Of a stretch of DNA of 45,624 nucleotides, positions 23,713 to 33,363 are shown piece after piece. Below the pieces are notes generated by a model. It ran no database searches. It had not been told where the DNA came from and saw nothing but the letters and a program-made list of their open reading frames with translations. The DNA is from a virus (Duplodnaviria > Caudoviricetes). Numbering within the stretch: the stretch's first letter is position 1; every line of letters begins with the position of its first letter. The translations under genes and the position numbers were made by a program. The stretch covers positions 1-45,624 of IMG/VR virus record IMGVR_UViG_3300037311_000342; one strand, given 5' to 3'.

Positions 23713-25689
23713 TCAGGCCCCCTGCCGCCGGGCGGCGTTGTTGGGCGGCGGGGCCAGCGCCCCGTTCACCCCGCTCAGGTTGCGGGCGGCCGTCACCGGG
23801 TCGGGGGGCAGGCTCTCGGCCCGCCGGCGGGCCGGGTAGGGCGGCACGGCCGGGCTGTACTCGGCGTTGGCCGCGGCCGTCGTGTCGAACCCGGCCGCGG
23901 ACATGAACCAGCCCACCTGGCGCACCCGGCCGGACAGGCTGACCGGCAGCAGCCCGACGTACCGCACCACCGCCGCCTCGCTGGCCTGGTAGCGGAGGGC
24001 GTGCGCCCGGGCGTAGTGGTCGGCCCGCTGGAACCCGTCGGCGTCCACCAGCGCCCACCCGGTCAGCCGGTGGCCGGCGTCGTACTGGCCGATCACCTCC
24101 ACCTGGCAGTCGTCCCGCACCACCGCCACCGCCGGGGCCGGGCCGCCCAGCTCCAGCCCGTAGGTCATGCGGTGGGGGACGGCCTGGGGGTGGTCGAGCA
24201 CCAGACACCCGGTCTCGACGACCAGGTGGTCCGGGAACCGCACCCGCCGGGCGTCCCCGGCCCCGACCAGCCGGTACAAGGGGGCGGCGAACCGCACCAC
24301 CTGGCGGAGCGGGTCGATCACCTCGAACGGCACGTGCAGGGGGGCGGCGAACGGGGTGTTGCCGTCGGCGTCCAGCCCGGTCGCGTCCCCCCAGTACCCG
24401 TACACGCCCGGGGTCGAGCCGGCCGACACCCCGGCGAAGGTGAGCGGCTTGCGGTCCTTGGAGTACCCGTTGTACACCTCGGCCGCGAACGGCTGGGCGG
24501 TGTCCTTGTCGAGCCGCTGCTCGTCCCCCGGCCGGGGGGCCACCTGCTCCGGCCGGGACGCCTGGAGCAGGACGCGGAACCGGTCGCGGGGGAACTCGGG
24601 GTCGGCGAACGACGGCACCGGGATCACCCCCGGGCGGGCCGACCCGCCGCCGGCCGCCCGCTCCGGGCTGGCCGTCACCACCTGGTAGCAGCGGTACACC
24701 GACCCCTGGGCCAGGGCCAGCGCCTGGAAGTAGCTCAGCCGCGGGGTCGGCCGGGTGAGAGCCAGGTCCGGCGGGTCGCACCGCGACCAGCGGTCGGCGT
24801 CGCCGGCCTCGCCCGGGGCGTAGGTCAGCTCGTCCGGCACCTGCCAGGAGTCGTCCCAGTCCCGGCCCACCGGCCGGAGCAGCAGCCGCATCTGGAACCG
24901 GGTCGGTGCCCCATGGACGGTCACCCGGGCGGGCACCTGGCTGACGCTCAGGGTGGCGCCGCCGGACGCCACCGGCACCCCGCCGGCCGGCAGCCCCGCC
25001 CCGAACCCCACCCGCTGCACCGACACCGCGTCCGTCACCGGGTCGTACACCACCACCCGCCCGTACCGCTCGGCCAGCTCGGCCAGGGCCGAGGCCGCCG
25101 GGGTGGCCAGCCAGGCGGTCTCGGGGTTGGTGCCCGACTGCGGCAGGTTCTGCCCGAGGGCCAGGTAGTCGGCCGCCGGGTCCACCGCGGTGTCCGCCGG
25201 CCCCGGCGGCGGCACCGGCGGCTCGGCGGCCGAGTCGGCCGTTGCCGCCAGCCCGCCGGGCAGGTGGACGACTGCCGCCCACCCGCCGGCCGGCTCCGGC
25301 TCGCCCATCAGGGTGAGCAGGATGACGGCGAGCTGGTGCGGGCTGCGGACGGTCCGCGGGATGAGCTTGCGGCGGTCGTCGGTCTGGTTGTAGTCGCCCG
25401 TCGCCGGGTACCCCTCCCGCCACCGCCAGCGGCGGTCGAGCACCGACAGCACCCAGTCCCGGCCGGCCGCCGTGGTCTCGTCGGTGAGCAGCCGGACGGC
25501 ACACCCGCGGAGGGTGATCACGCCGGTGTCGTCCCCGAAGGTCACGTCCCCGTAAGCCGGCGGCAGGGCGTCCCCCGGCTGGGGGGCGAGGACCACGTGG
25601 GCCTCCTGCGGGGACACCCCGACGGCCGCCTCGTAGGAGAGCGACACGAGCAGCGGGCTGCCGCCGGCGTACTGGAACACGCCCGCCAC
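23713..25689 (-). CDS. Putative tail hub / baseplate protein
   Basis: 658 aa, beta-rich N-terminus, ALAELAERYGRVVVYD segment typical of hub proteins, position in the operon. Confidence 0.7.
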   Translation of the reverse strand: MAGVFQYAGGSPLLVSLSYEAAVGVSPQEAHVVLAPQPGDALPPAYGDVTFGDDTGVITLRGCAVRLLTDETTAAGRDWVLSVLDRRWRWREGYPATGDYNQTDDRRKLIPRTVRSPHQLAVILLTLMGEPEPAGGWAAVVHLPGGLAATADSAAEPPVPPPGPADTAVDPAADYLALGQNLPQSGTNPETAWLATPAASALAELAERYGRVVVYDPVTDAVSVQRVGFGAGLPAGGVPVASGGATLSVSQVPARVTVHGAPTRFQMRLLLRPVGRDWDDSWQVPDELTYAPGEAGDADRWSRCDPPDLALTRPTPRLSYFQALALAQGSVYRCYQVVTASPERAAGGGSARPGVIPVPSFADPEFPRDRFRVLLQASRPEQVAPRPGDEQRLDKDTAQPFAAEVYNGYSKDRKPLTFAGVSAGSTPGVYGYWGDATGLDADGNTPFAAPLHVPFEVIDPLRQVVRFAAPLYRLVGAGDARRVRFPDHLVVETGCLVLDHPQAVPHRMTYGLELGGPAPAVAVVRDDCQVEVIGQYDAGHRLTGWALVDADGFQRADHYARAHALRYQASEAAVVRYVGLLPVSLSGRVRQVGWFMSAAGFDTTAAANAEYSPAVPPYPARRRAESLPPDPVTAARNLSGVNGALAPPPNNAARRQGA

Positions 25690-25692
25690 CGG

Positions 25693-26397
25693 TCAGCCCC
25701 CCAGCCACTCGTTCGGGACGGCCAGCAGGGGCAGCCCGCTGACGAACTGGTAGGCCCACTGCACCCCGAACTGCTGGTAGTCGGAGTCGCCGGTCCGCCG
25801 GGCGGACTCGCCGCCGACGGTCCGGCCGGCCAGGGCGGCCGGCCAGAGCGGCGGCTGGGGGGCCGGGCGGCTGTGCAGCCCGACGGACCGCCCCACCTGG
25901 GTGGCCGACCACGGGGCCGACGGGGACACCGTCTGCACCAGCCCGGGGCCGTTCAGCACCACCCGCGGCACCCGCACCGGGGTGCCGCCCGACACGCTCA
26001 CCGTCTCCCGGAAGTCGAGCAGCCCGTTCGTCGCCGTGTGGTACTCCCACTCCCAGCGGGCGGTGCCGAGGACGTAGGTGACGCCGTTGGCCCCGGGCGA
26101 CCCGACCCAGGCGTGGCCCACGCACCGCACCCCGCCGAAGGTCTGGTCGCTGACGACGGACCGCACCCCGTCGAACACCAGGTCGGCGTTCTGCCGGTCG
26201 AGGGCGGCCGTGATGGCGGCCGCCCTGGCGGCCGCGTCGCCCGGGCTGAGGCAGGCGACGCCGAGCCGGGGGGCGTCCACCGCCACCGCCCACCCGTACC
26301 CCCGGCCGGCCGCGTCCCGCAGCAGCTCGCGGGTCCAGGTGAAGGCGGCGGCCCCCAGGTCGGCGACCGCCACCCCGGCGTATGTCAGGAAGGGCAT
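25693..26397 (-). CDS. Putative distal tail protein
   Basis: ATG at 26397 (MPFLTYAG) just after a promoter-like motif. Beta-rich. Confidence 0.65.
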   Translation of the reverse strand: MPFLTYAGVAVADLGAAAFTWTRELLRDAAGRGYGWAVAVDAPRLGVACLSPGDAAARAAAITAALDRQNADLVFDGVRSVVSDQTFGGVRCVGHAWVGSPGANGVTYVLGTARWEWEYHTATNGLLDFRETVSVSGGTPVRVPRVVLNGPGLVQTVSPSAPWSATQVGRSVGLHSRPAPQPPLWPAALAGRTVGGESARRTGDSDYQQFGVQWAYQFVSGLPLLAVPNEWLGG

Positions 26398-26403
26398 CGG
26401 GGC

Positions 26404-26466
26404 AGTATTCGCCGGGCCGGACGGCTGGGGTAGCCGGCCGCCGGGGGGTACACTGCGGCGTCCCAC
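26404..26466. promoter_or_regulatory. Divergent late promoters
   Basis: + strand CCGGCCG-N7-GTACACT (26434-26454) and - strand variant CCGTCCG-N7-GAATACT (26424-26404). Confidence 0.7.
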
Positions 26467-26478
26467 GGGAGCGCCCGC

Positions 26479-26829
26479 GTGCCGTACATCGCGCTGATCG
26501 ACGACACCGTCCAGGTCGAGTTCCGGACCGATCCGGTCGGCCCCTGGCCGGCCCTGACCGGCACCGTCCGCCCGGCCACGGCCCTGGAACTCGACCTGCA
26601 CCAGGGCGAGGCCGCCCGGGCCAACGGGGAGGCCGACCGGCACCGGCTGCGGGCGGCGTTCGTGGCCCGCCACCTCCGGCGGTGGGAGCTGACCGACGCC
26701 GACGGCCGGCCGGTGCCGCCGTCGGCCGACGCCTTCGCCCGCCTGCCCAAGGGGGTGCAGGTGCAGGTGTTCGACGCCGCCGCCGGGTTCGCCGGGGTGG
26801 CCGTGGTCCCAAAAGCCGACGACTCCTGA
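26479..26829 (+). CDS. Tail assembly chaperone (G-like)
   Basis: HLRRWELTDADGRPVP motif, slippery CCCAAAA near the end, precedes the tape measure gene. Confidence 0.8.
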   Translation: MPYIALIDDTVQVEFRTDPVGPWPALTGTVRPATALELDLHQGEAARANGEADRHRLRAAFVARHLRRWELTDADGRPVPPSADAFARLPKGVQVQVFDAAAGFAGVAVVPKADDS

Positions 26830-27221
26830 CCGTCCTCGACCGCCACCCCGAGTGGGGGCGGTCGTGCCGGGACTGCCAGGAGTTCGTGTTCGAGGCCGGC
26901 GGCCGGCGGACGGCGGACCGGCGGCCGGCCGGGTCGCCGCCCCCGTGCGGGGTGTGCCCCAAGCTGGACGGGCTGGCGGACAGGCGGCCGCTCGACCCGG
27001 CCGACGACTTCGACGGGCTGTTCGCCGACCTGGACCGCTGGTACCGGCAGGGCCGGGCGGTGGGGTTCCCGGCCGGCCTCGACCCGCTCATGCGGGACGT
27101 GGCGGCGGCGTTCGACGAGCACCACCGCGGGCTGGACCGGCGGGCCGCCCGGGCCGCCGTCCGGAGCGAGCTGATCGACGTGCTGGTGGCCGCCAAGCTG
27201 GCCCGGAGGGCGGAGTCGTGA
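26808..27221 (+). CDS. Tail assembly chaperone -1 frameshift extension (GT-like)
   Basis: The -1 frame from C CCA AAA reads PKSRRLLTVLDRHPEWGRSCRDC...CGVC and is open to TGA 27221, overlapping the TMP start. Confidence 0.75.
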   Translation, partial: PKSRRLLTVLDRHPEWGRSCRDCQEFVFEAGGRRTADRRPAGSPPPCGVCPKLDGLADRRPLDPADDFDGLFADLDRWYRQGRAVGFPAGLDPLMRDVAAAFDEHHRGLDRRAARAAVRSELIDVLVAAKLARRAES

Positions 27222-29032
27222 GCCGGGCCGAGAGCACCGTCAGCGTCAAGCTCACGTTCGACCTGGCCCCCGGCGGCGACCGCGGGCTGGAGCGGGGGAC
27301 GGCCGCCGTCGAGCGGCTGGCCCGGGCCGAGCGGGAGCTGGGGCGGTCGGCGGCCGACGCCGGCCGGGCGGTCGGCGACCGCTACCGGGCGCTGTCCCGG
27401 GCCGAGGCCGCGGCCGACCTGGTGCGGTCGCAGGCGGTGCCGCTGGCCGACCGCCCGGGGCGGGTTCAGGCCCGGCTCCGGGGGCCGGACCTGTACGCCG
27501 AGCTGGCCGGCGAGCTGGCCGAGCGGAAGCGGGTGCAGGGCGAGTACGCCCGGTTCATGGCCGCCCGCGGGCTGACCCCCGGCGGCGACCGGCGGCCGGC
27601 CGAGCGGGGGCTGGTCGGCCGCGGGCTGGAGGCGTTCGGGGACAGGCTCGGGCTGTCCCCGGGGGTGGCCGGGGCGGTCGGCACCTACGCCCCGCTGGCC
27701 GCCCCGCTGGTGGCCGGCAAGATCGCCCTCGACCAGGCGGTGCAGGCCCGGCAGATCGACGCCACCCCGTTCCTCACCCCCGGCGCCGCCCGCGAGCAGA
27801 AGCTGCGGAACCTGCCGCTCGGGGCCGGCCGGCTGTACGGGTACGCCGAGGACGCCCGGGCTGCCCTGTCCGGCGACCTGGACGCCATCCGGGCGAGCGA
27901 GGAGTACCGGGTGACGGAGACGGCCAAGGCCCGGCTGGCCGGCGAGGCCGGCCGGGCGCGGGACGCCTACCGGGCGGAGGCCGGCGGCCTGCGGGGCCGG
28001 GCCGACGCCTACGACGGGCTGCGGCTGGACCGGCGGACCAGCACCGGCCGCGAGTCGGCGGCCGACGCCCGGCGGTACGACGAGGAGGGCCGGCTGCTGC
28101 CCGCCCGCCAGCGGCTCACCGTGGCAACCCGCGACCGGGCCGCGGCCGAGCGGAACGTGGCCGACGCCCTGCAACAGCAGGCCGTGCGCGAGCGGGAGCT
28201 GGAGGCGGCCCGGGAACGCTACGACAGCGCCGAGGCGAAACGGCAGGGACAGGCCGGTCGGATCCGTGACGTGCAGGATGTCCGAGACGACATGAGGCGG
28301 GCGGCGGCCCGAAACCTGGCCAACGCGGCGGCAGGTGGCGTCATTGGTTTGGCCGGCGGCATGTTCGGTGGCGACGGGGATGGCTACAGCCGTGCCAGAC
28401 TGGAGGCCCGAGCCGCCGAAGCGGACAAGGCCAAGGAGCAGCTCGACCAGGCTCAGGGGCGGGCGGACGACGCGAGGAATCGGACCGACCGGCGGCGGCG
28501 GGAGCTGGCCGAGGCGAACTCGGCCGAGCGGCAGGCCGGGGTTGGCGTCACCCGGGAGGAGCTGGGCATCGCCCGGGAGCGGGAGGGCCAGGCCCGGCAG
28601 GGGGCGGACGCGCTCGGCGGGCTGGGGCCGGCCGGCCGCCAGCGGGCGCTGGTGGCGCTGCAGGGGGTGCAGTCGCTCGGGGTGGACAACGTGTCCCGGG
28701 AGATGCTGTCGCTGGCCGAAAGCGTGGCCCCGGAGACGGTGGGCAAGCTGAAGGCGGCGGCCGGCGAGCGGTACAAGGAAGAGTTCCGCCGGCTGGCCCC
28801 GGACGAGTCGGGGTTCAAGCCGACGGACGAGGCGGCACGGCGGGTGGACCGGCTGGAGGAGCGGGGGCTGCGGGGCACCGAGACCGACCTGGCCCGCACC
28901 GCCCGGGAGATGGCCGGCACCCTGGACGAGACGGCGAAGGCCATGGAGGACGCCCTCACGGCCATCATCAGCACGCTGCAGAAGATGAAGGCCGACGCCC
29001 AGCGGGCCGCCGGAAACGCCTCGGTCCGCTGA
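27218..29032 (+). CDS. Tape measure protein
   Basis: 604 aa, Ala/Arg/Glu-rich helical, N-terminal STVSVKLTFD, follows the frameshifted chaperones. Confidence 0.75.
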   Translation: MSRAESTVSVKLTFDLAPGGDRGLERGTAAVERLARAERELGRSAADAGRAVGDRYRALSRAEAAADLVRSQAVPLADRPGRVQARLRGPDLYAELAGELAERKRVQGEYARFMAARGLTPGGDRRPAERGLVGRGLEAFGDRLGLSPGVAGAVGTYAPLAAPLVAGKIALDQAVQARQIDATPFLTPGAAREQKLRNLPLGAGRLYGYAEDARAALSGDLDAIRASEEYRVTETAKARLAGEAGRARDAYRAEAGGLRGRADAYDGLRLDRRTSTGRESAADARRYDEEGRLLPARQRLTVATRDRAAAERNVADALQQQAVRERELEAARERYDSAEAKRQGQAGRIRDVQDVRDDMRRAAARNLANAAAGGVIGLAGGMFGGDGDGYSRARLEARAAEADKAKEQLDQAQGRADDARNRTDRRRRELAEANSAERQAGVGVTREELGIAREREGQARQGADALGGLGPAGRQRALVALQGVQSLGVDNVSREMLSLAESVAPETVGKLKAAAGERYKEEFRRLAPDESGFKPTDEAARRVDRLEERGLRGTETDLARTAREMAGTLDETAKAMEDALTAIISTLQKMKADAQRAAGNASVR

Positions 29033-29039
29033 ATGGCGG

Positions 29040-29969
29040 CTACCGACCAAAGTCCTTGGCGGTGAACGCCCGGACGAATGCCCCGAGCGGTTCGATCACA
29101 AACGGCTTTTCTCCGGCATAGTGAGCAGTCAGCAACTTCGCGGCCTCAATTCGCATCACGCTGGTGAGTTGGCCGGCTTGATACCAGCCCTCGTAAACGT
29201 CCGCCGCCTCATCAGCCAGGATCACCGGACGATGCTTTCGCCGCCACTCAAACCTCGCCTGCACCGGCGCCTGAAAGGTCTCGCCGGACCGGCCGAACCT
29301 GACAAGTCTGACGGCTACAAACTCCGTCAGCCCGAGTCGCCTCGCTCTGGCTCCCAGCCCATCTTGCAGGCCAAAAGCCAACTCGTCGTCACCCTGGCCG
29401 AACGATCGCATTCGATCGAACTGCACCTTGTCTAGGGTCTCCGGGGCCGCCCCGAGTCGCCTGGCGGTTATGCCCGGCTCCTCCGCGGCAGCACGGTCCG
29501 CCATCTTGCTCGCCGCGTCTTCGACACGGCCCCAGGTGACTGGCTCGGCCACCTTCCGCCGTGGCGCCGTGACAGGTGATGGTGTTGTCGGGGGTGAGGT
29601 TGAAGGCTTCGGCGATACTACCGCCGGCAAGTCGCCGGGGTGCTTTTCTGTGGGCGCCGCGACCGCGACCGCGGCTGACGCTGCACGATCAACTCCCGGC
29701 CGGTACGCAAACACGATTGCCACGCCACCGACCAGCCCGAGAAAAAGAGCGGCCGACGCCCAGGCCCATTTGGGTGGCTTCTTCCGATCCGGCGATTGCG
29801 AGCGTGCGGGCGATTCACCGTTCACCAGGTCGAACCCGCCGGGCACCTTGACCACCTCGCCGCACCGCTTGCAGGTCACGGTCTTCCCGGCGAAGCCGGC
29901 GGGGACTCGGCCGGCGGCGCTGCAGCTCGGGCAGACGACTTCGACGCGGACGGGTGACGGCTCGGACAC
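29040..29969 (-). CDS. Moron-like membrane protein (zinc ribbon + TM + extracytoplasmic domain)
   Basis: CPSC...CKRC, TM segment WAWASAALFLGLVGGVAIVFAY, visibly lower GC than the flanks. Confidence 0.8.
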   Translation of the reverse strand: MSEPSPVRVEVVCPSCSAAGRVPAGFAGKTVTCKRCGEVVKVPGGFDLVNGESPARSQSPDRKKPPKWAWASAALFLGLVGGVAIVFAYRPGVDRAASAAVAVAAPTEKHPGDLPAVVSPKPSTSPPTTPSPVTAPRRKVAEPVTWGRVEDAASKMADRAAAEEPGITARRLGAAPETLDKVQFDRMRSFGQGDDELAFGLQDGLGARARRLGLTEFVAVRLVRFGRSGETFQAPVQARFEWRRKHRPVILADEAADVYEGWYQAGQLTSVMRIEAAKLLTAHYAGEKPFVIEPLGAFVRAFTAKDFGR

Positions 29970-30064
29970 GGGGCACCTCCCCGGTCAGAGTGCGCCGGCG
30001 GAAACCAAGTGTCCAGTCGGGGCGGGCGGCCGGCGGGGAGAAACCAGGTGTCCGGCCGGGCCGG

Positions 30065-31069
30065 TCAGTCGGCCGGGTCGCTCTCGACGGTGACGACCAG
30101 CTCGGTGTCGGGGGAGGCGGCGTCGGCCGTGTGGGCGGTGGCGGCCACCCGGAAGAAGGCCTCCCGGTCGGCCACCCGGGCGGCCACCGGGGGCACCGGG
30201 AACACGGCCGCCGGGTACGTCAGCACCAGGCTCACCGTCTTCGGCCCGACCGGGCTGACGACGGCCACGAACGGCACCCGCACCCGCACCGGCGACCCGC
30301 CCCCGCCCCACAGCGCCTGGCCGGCCCCGAGCGGCACCTCCAGCTCCAGCGTCACCTCCCGGTCGGCGTTGCACGGGTCGTCGGTGGCCGCGTTGAACAC
30401 CCGGTCGCCGGCCGGCGTGTAGGCGATCGTGGTGGAGAAGCTGCGGCACGGGTAGGCCGCCTCGCCGCCGGCCGGGCCGACCAGGACGGACGCGTCCCGC
30501 ATGAGGAACCGGGGGCCGTCGAGCAGCGGCACCCCGGCCGCCGGGAAGCCGCCGCCGACGGCGAAGTCCACGGCCACGCACTGCACCTGGGCGGTCAGCT
30601 CGGCCCCGGCCTGGGCGGCCAGGGTGGCCCGCTCCACCTGCACCCCCCGCAGCTCCATCACCATGCTGGTGAAGTCGAGCACCAGCCGGCGGCGGCTGCC
30701 CCGGTTGGTGGCCAGCGGGTAGGTGGTGACGGCCGGCGGGGTGCCGGCCGGGGTGCCGTTGGTGAGCCACGGGAGGAGCCGGTGCCACTCGGCGGCCGTC
30801 GGCTTGAGGTCGAGCGCCGGCCGCGCCCGCCGGACGTTCTCCCGGACGGCGGCGGCCGGGCGGGAGAACCCGCCGATCCCGCCCAGGTCGCGGGCCAGGT
30901 CGATCAGCTCGACGGTGGCCTGCGGGTCCACGGCGGCGAAGCTGAGCGAGCAGTTGGGGTCGTTGGCGGCGGCCGCGTCCAGCCCGCCGCCGGCGTTGGA
31001 CGGGAAGTAGGCCGGGCCGGCGGCCAGCCGCATGAGCTTGGGCAGGGCGGCGGGGTACACGGTGGGCAC
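30065..31069 (-). CDS. Major tail tube protein
   Basis: 334 aa, beta-rich, follows the tail-terminator-position gene. Confidence 0.7.
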   Translation of the reverse strand: MPTVYPAALPKLMRLAAGPAYFPSNAGGGLDAAAANDPNCSLSFAAVDPQATVELIDLARDLGGIGGFSRPAAAVRENVRRARPALDLKPTAAEWHRLLPWLTNGTPAGTPPAVTTYPLATNRGSRRRLVLDFTSMVMELRGVQVERATLAAQAGAELTAQVQCVAVDFAVGGGFPAAGVPLLDGPRFLMRDASVLVGPAGGEAAYPCRSFSTTIAYTPAGDRVFNAATDDPCNADREVTLELEVPLGAGQALWGGGGSPVRVRVPFVAVVSPVGPKTVSLVLTYPAAVFPVPPVAARVADREAFFRVAATAHTADAASPDTELVVTVESDPAD

Positions 31070-31073
31070 GGGT

Positions 31074-31565
31074 CTACTCCGTCAGGGAGGCCGGGACGCG
31101 GCAGTAGCAGCGGACCAGGAACCCGCTCATCAGGTGCTGGAAGTCGCGGACGTTCGGGTCCACCACCTGGTACGGCTCGACGCCGGTCCGCACCAGCAGG
31201 CCCCCCAGCCCGGCCAGCCGGTGGGTGCGGACGGCGGCCATCAGCCGGTGCCGCCAGTACTCGACGGCGGCCAGCTTGGCGTGCTGGACCCGGCCGTTGC
31301 GGTCGCAGATCAGCACCTGGGTGGGGTAGCCGATCAGGTCGAAGGCGTTGGTGTCCGGCTCGACCGTCTCGGCCGCCCCGGACGGGGTGAGGATGACGGC
31401 CGGGAAGGTCAGGTTGGACTCGTCCAGGGCGAGCTGCTCGACCACGTTGCCGGCCAGCGCGGCCAGCCGGCCGGGGCCGGCCCCGTAGGCCGGCAGGGCG
31501 AGCGCCCGGAAGGCGGCGGCCAGGGCCTGCCGGCAGCGGGTGGGCGGGGCGAGCGGGTCGGCCAC
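31074..31565 (-). CDS. Putative tail terminator / completion protein
   Basis: TFPAVIL motif, size and position. Confidence 0.65.
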   Translation of the reverse strand: MADPLAPPTRCRQALAAAFRALALPAYGAGPGRLAALAGNVVEQLALDESNLTFPAVILTPSGAAETVEPDTNAFDLIGYPTQVLICDRNGRVQHAKLAAVEYWRHRLMAAVRTHRLAGLGGLLVRTGVEPYQVVDPNVRDFQHLMSGFLVRCYCRVPASLTE

Positions 31566-31566
31566 G

Positions 31567-32163
31567 TCAGCCCCCCCCCAGGGCGGCGGCCGCGGCCCCG
31601 CCGAACTCGCCGGCGGCCAGCTCGCCCATGTCGGCCAGCGTGTCGGCCGAGAACCCGACCAGCGGCCGGGCCGGCAGCGTGACGGCGGAGGCGAACGCCC
31701 AGTGGAGCGTCACCCGGCCGTTGCCGGCCTTGGCCGCCAGCCCGACCGACTCCCCGCCCGCCTTGAGCGGGAACAGCCCGGGCATGGACCGCGGGCCGGC
31801 CGACCGGGCGGCGGCGGCCGTGAGCGGCAGGGTGAGGGCCTTGGCCCGGACCGGGCGGACGGTGCCGCCGAAGTGCTGGAGGGCGGCCCCCGGGCCGTTC
31901 ACCGACAGCGCCAGCTCGTCCCCCTCCCAGGCGGCGGCGGTGCTGGCCAGCAGCAGCCCGCGGTCGCGGAGGGGCACGTCCCCGCCGGCCGGCCGGGGGC
32001 GGGCGAGCGGCCGCCAGGGGGTGCCGTCGGGGGCCTGGCGGGCGGCGAACGACCGCTTCGACCCGGCCACCGCCAGCAGCACCAGCCCGGCCTTGAGCCG
32101 GGCGGTGAGGGCGGCGGCCGCGGCCAGCCGGCGGACCCGGGCGAGCAGCTCGGCCGGGGTCAC
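31567..32163 (-). CDS. Phage virion morphogenesis protein (Mu gpG-like)
   Basis: APDGTPWRPL, LRDRGLL and ALQHFGG motifs. Confidence 0.85.
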   Translation of the reverse strand: MTPAELLARVRRLAAAAALTARLKAGLVLLAVAGSKRSFAARQAPDGTPWRPLARPRPAGGDVPLRDRGLLLASTAAAWEGDELALSVNGPGAALQHFGGTVRPVRAKALTLPLTAAAARSAGPRSMPGLFPLKAGGESVGLAAKAGNGRVTLHWAFASAVTLPARPLVGFSADTLADMGELAAGEFGGAAAAALGGG

Positions 32164-32657
32164 GCCGGCCGCTCGTCGAAGGCCGCCACGGCGAACGCCC
32201 CCTGGGGCAGGGTGCCGGTGCCGGCGCTGACCGTCTGCACCAGCTCGAACACGTCGCCGGCGACGTACCCGGGGGTTGCGACCGCCGCGGTGGTCTTGGC
32301 GTAGGCGGCCGCCGAGCTGGTCAGGGTGACGGCCGACGACAGGACGCTGGTGCCGTTCTTCCTGAGGTCGAGGGTGACGGTGCTGTCGCCGACGGCGGCC
32401 GCCACCACCCCCACCCGGAAGTCGGTCAGGGTGCCGTCGGCGCCGGCCACGTACAGCGCCCGCCGCTCGGCCGTGGCGGCCGTGCCGTGGGGCTGGCCCC
32501 AGGCCCGGCGGAACCGGTGGTACAGCTTGTCCGGCTGGGCCGGGTCGGCGGGCGACATCTGGTTGTTGCCGACCGCCGCGGCGGTCGGCAGGGTCGGGGC
32601 CTTGGCGAACCGGACCTGGCCGTTGAACTGCACGTCGTCGTCGAACCGGCTGGACAC
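32160..32657 (-). CDS. Putative virion structural protein
   Basis: GGAG RBS, own late promoter, TLDLRKNGTSVLSSAVTL beta motif. Confidence 0.7.
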   Translation of the reverse strand: MSSRFDDDVQFNGQVRFAKAPTLPTAAAVGNNQMSPADPAQPDKLYHRFRRAWGQPHGTAATAERRALYVAGADGTLTDFRVGVVAAAVGDSTVTLDLRKNGTSVLSSAVTLTSSAAAYAKTTAAVATPGYVAGDVFELVQTVSAGTGTLPQGAFAVAAFDERPA

Positions 32658-32684
32658 GGCTCCGCCCTCGGGGTGGGACGCCGC

Positions 32685-32705
32685 ACTGTACGGGCCGGCG
32701 GCCGG
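32685..32705 (-). promoter_or_regulatory. Late promoter motif
   Basis: CCGGCCG-N7-GTACAGT. Confidence 0.75.
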
Positions 32706-33350
32706 CTAGGGCAGCGGGCGGACGGCCGGGGCGACCACCAGCCAGCCGGCGGCGACCGGGGCGGGCACCCCCTCGGCCCACAACTCCCACGGGCGGGTGC
32801 CGGGCGGCAGGGCGGCGGTGGCGGCGGCGGGCACGGCCAGGAGGCCACCCCCGTCCGGGCCGACGGGCACGTCTACGGCCGGGCCGCCGGCCAGGTGGAA
32901 GCGGAGGGCGGGGCCGGCGGCCGCCGTGCCCGCCCGGGCCAGGGCGGCCCGGAACACCTGGCCGCGGACGAGCCGACCGACCTGGCGGAGGAGCGGGCCG
33001 GCCGGGGTGACGGCATAGGTCCAGGTCGCGTCCGTCGTCCCGGCTTCCCCGACGGCCAGCGTCTCCCGGCCGAGCGGGCCGTAGTCGCCCAGCCCCGGGG
33101 TGGCCCCGGCCCGCTGCCAGTAGGTGGCCACCACCGGCCCGGCCGGGAGGCCGGCCGGCAGGTCGCCGGCGTAGTCCCCGCTGCCGGCCGGGGACTCGGC
33201 CAGCGGCACCGCCCCCGGCACCCGGTTCGGGGCCGAGTCGGCCGCGAAGGCCGTGCCGGTCCAGTACGCCAGCTCGGCCGCGTCCTGCCAGACCAGCGCG
33301 TACACCGGGCGGCCGGTCAGGAAGTTCGTGAACCGCAGTTCCCCGGGCAC
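32706..33350 (-). CDS. Putative structural protein
   Basis: GTG at 33350 with GGAGG RBS. Beta-rich. Confidence 0.65.
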   Translation of the reverse strand: MPGELRFTNFLTGRPVYALVWQDAAELAYWTGTAFAADSAPNRVPGAVPLAESPAGSGDYAGDLPAGLPAGPVVATYWQRAGATPGLGDYGPLGRETLAVGEAGTTDATWTYAVTPAGPLLRQVGRLVRGQVFRAALARAGTAAAGPALRFHLAGGPAVDVPVGPDGGGLLAVPAAATAALPPGTRPWELWAEGVPAPVAAGWLVVAPAVRPLP

Positions 33351-33363
33351 GGTCGGCCTCCCC

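Noticed and set aside
23050-29050. Very long ORFs 23050-26433 (+) and 23696-29050 (-)
   Set aside because: Arg/Pro/Gly-rich antisense or off-frame shadows of real tail genes, expected when stop codons are scarce.
30065-31069. Contractile tail sheath (given the Mu-like head genes)
   Set aside because: Size and beta-rich pattern fit a tube protein, and no sheath or baseplate wedge motifs were recognised.
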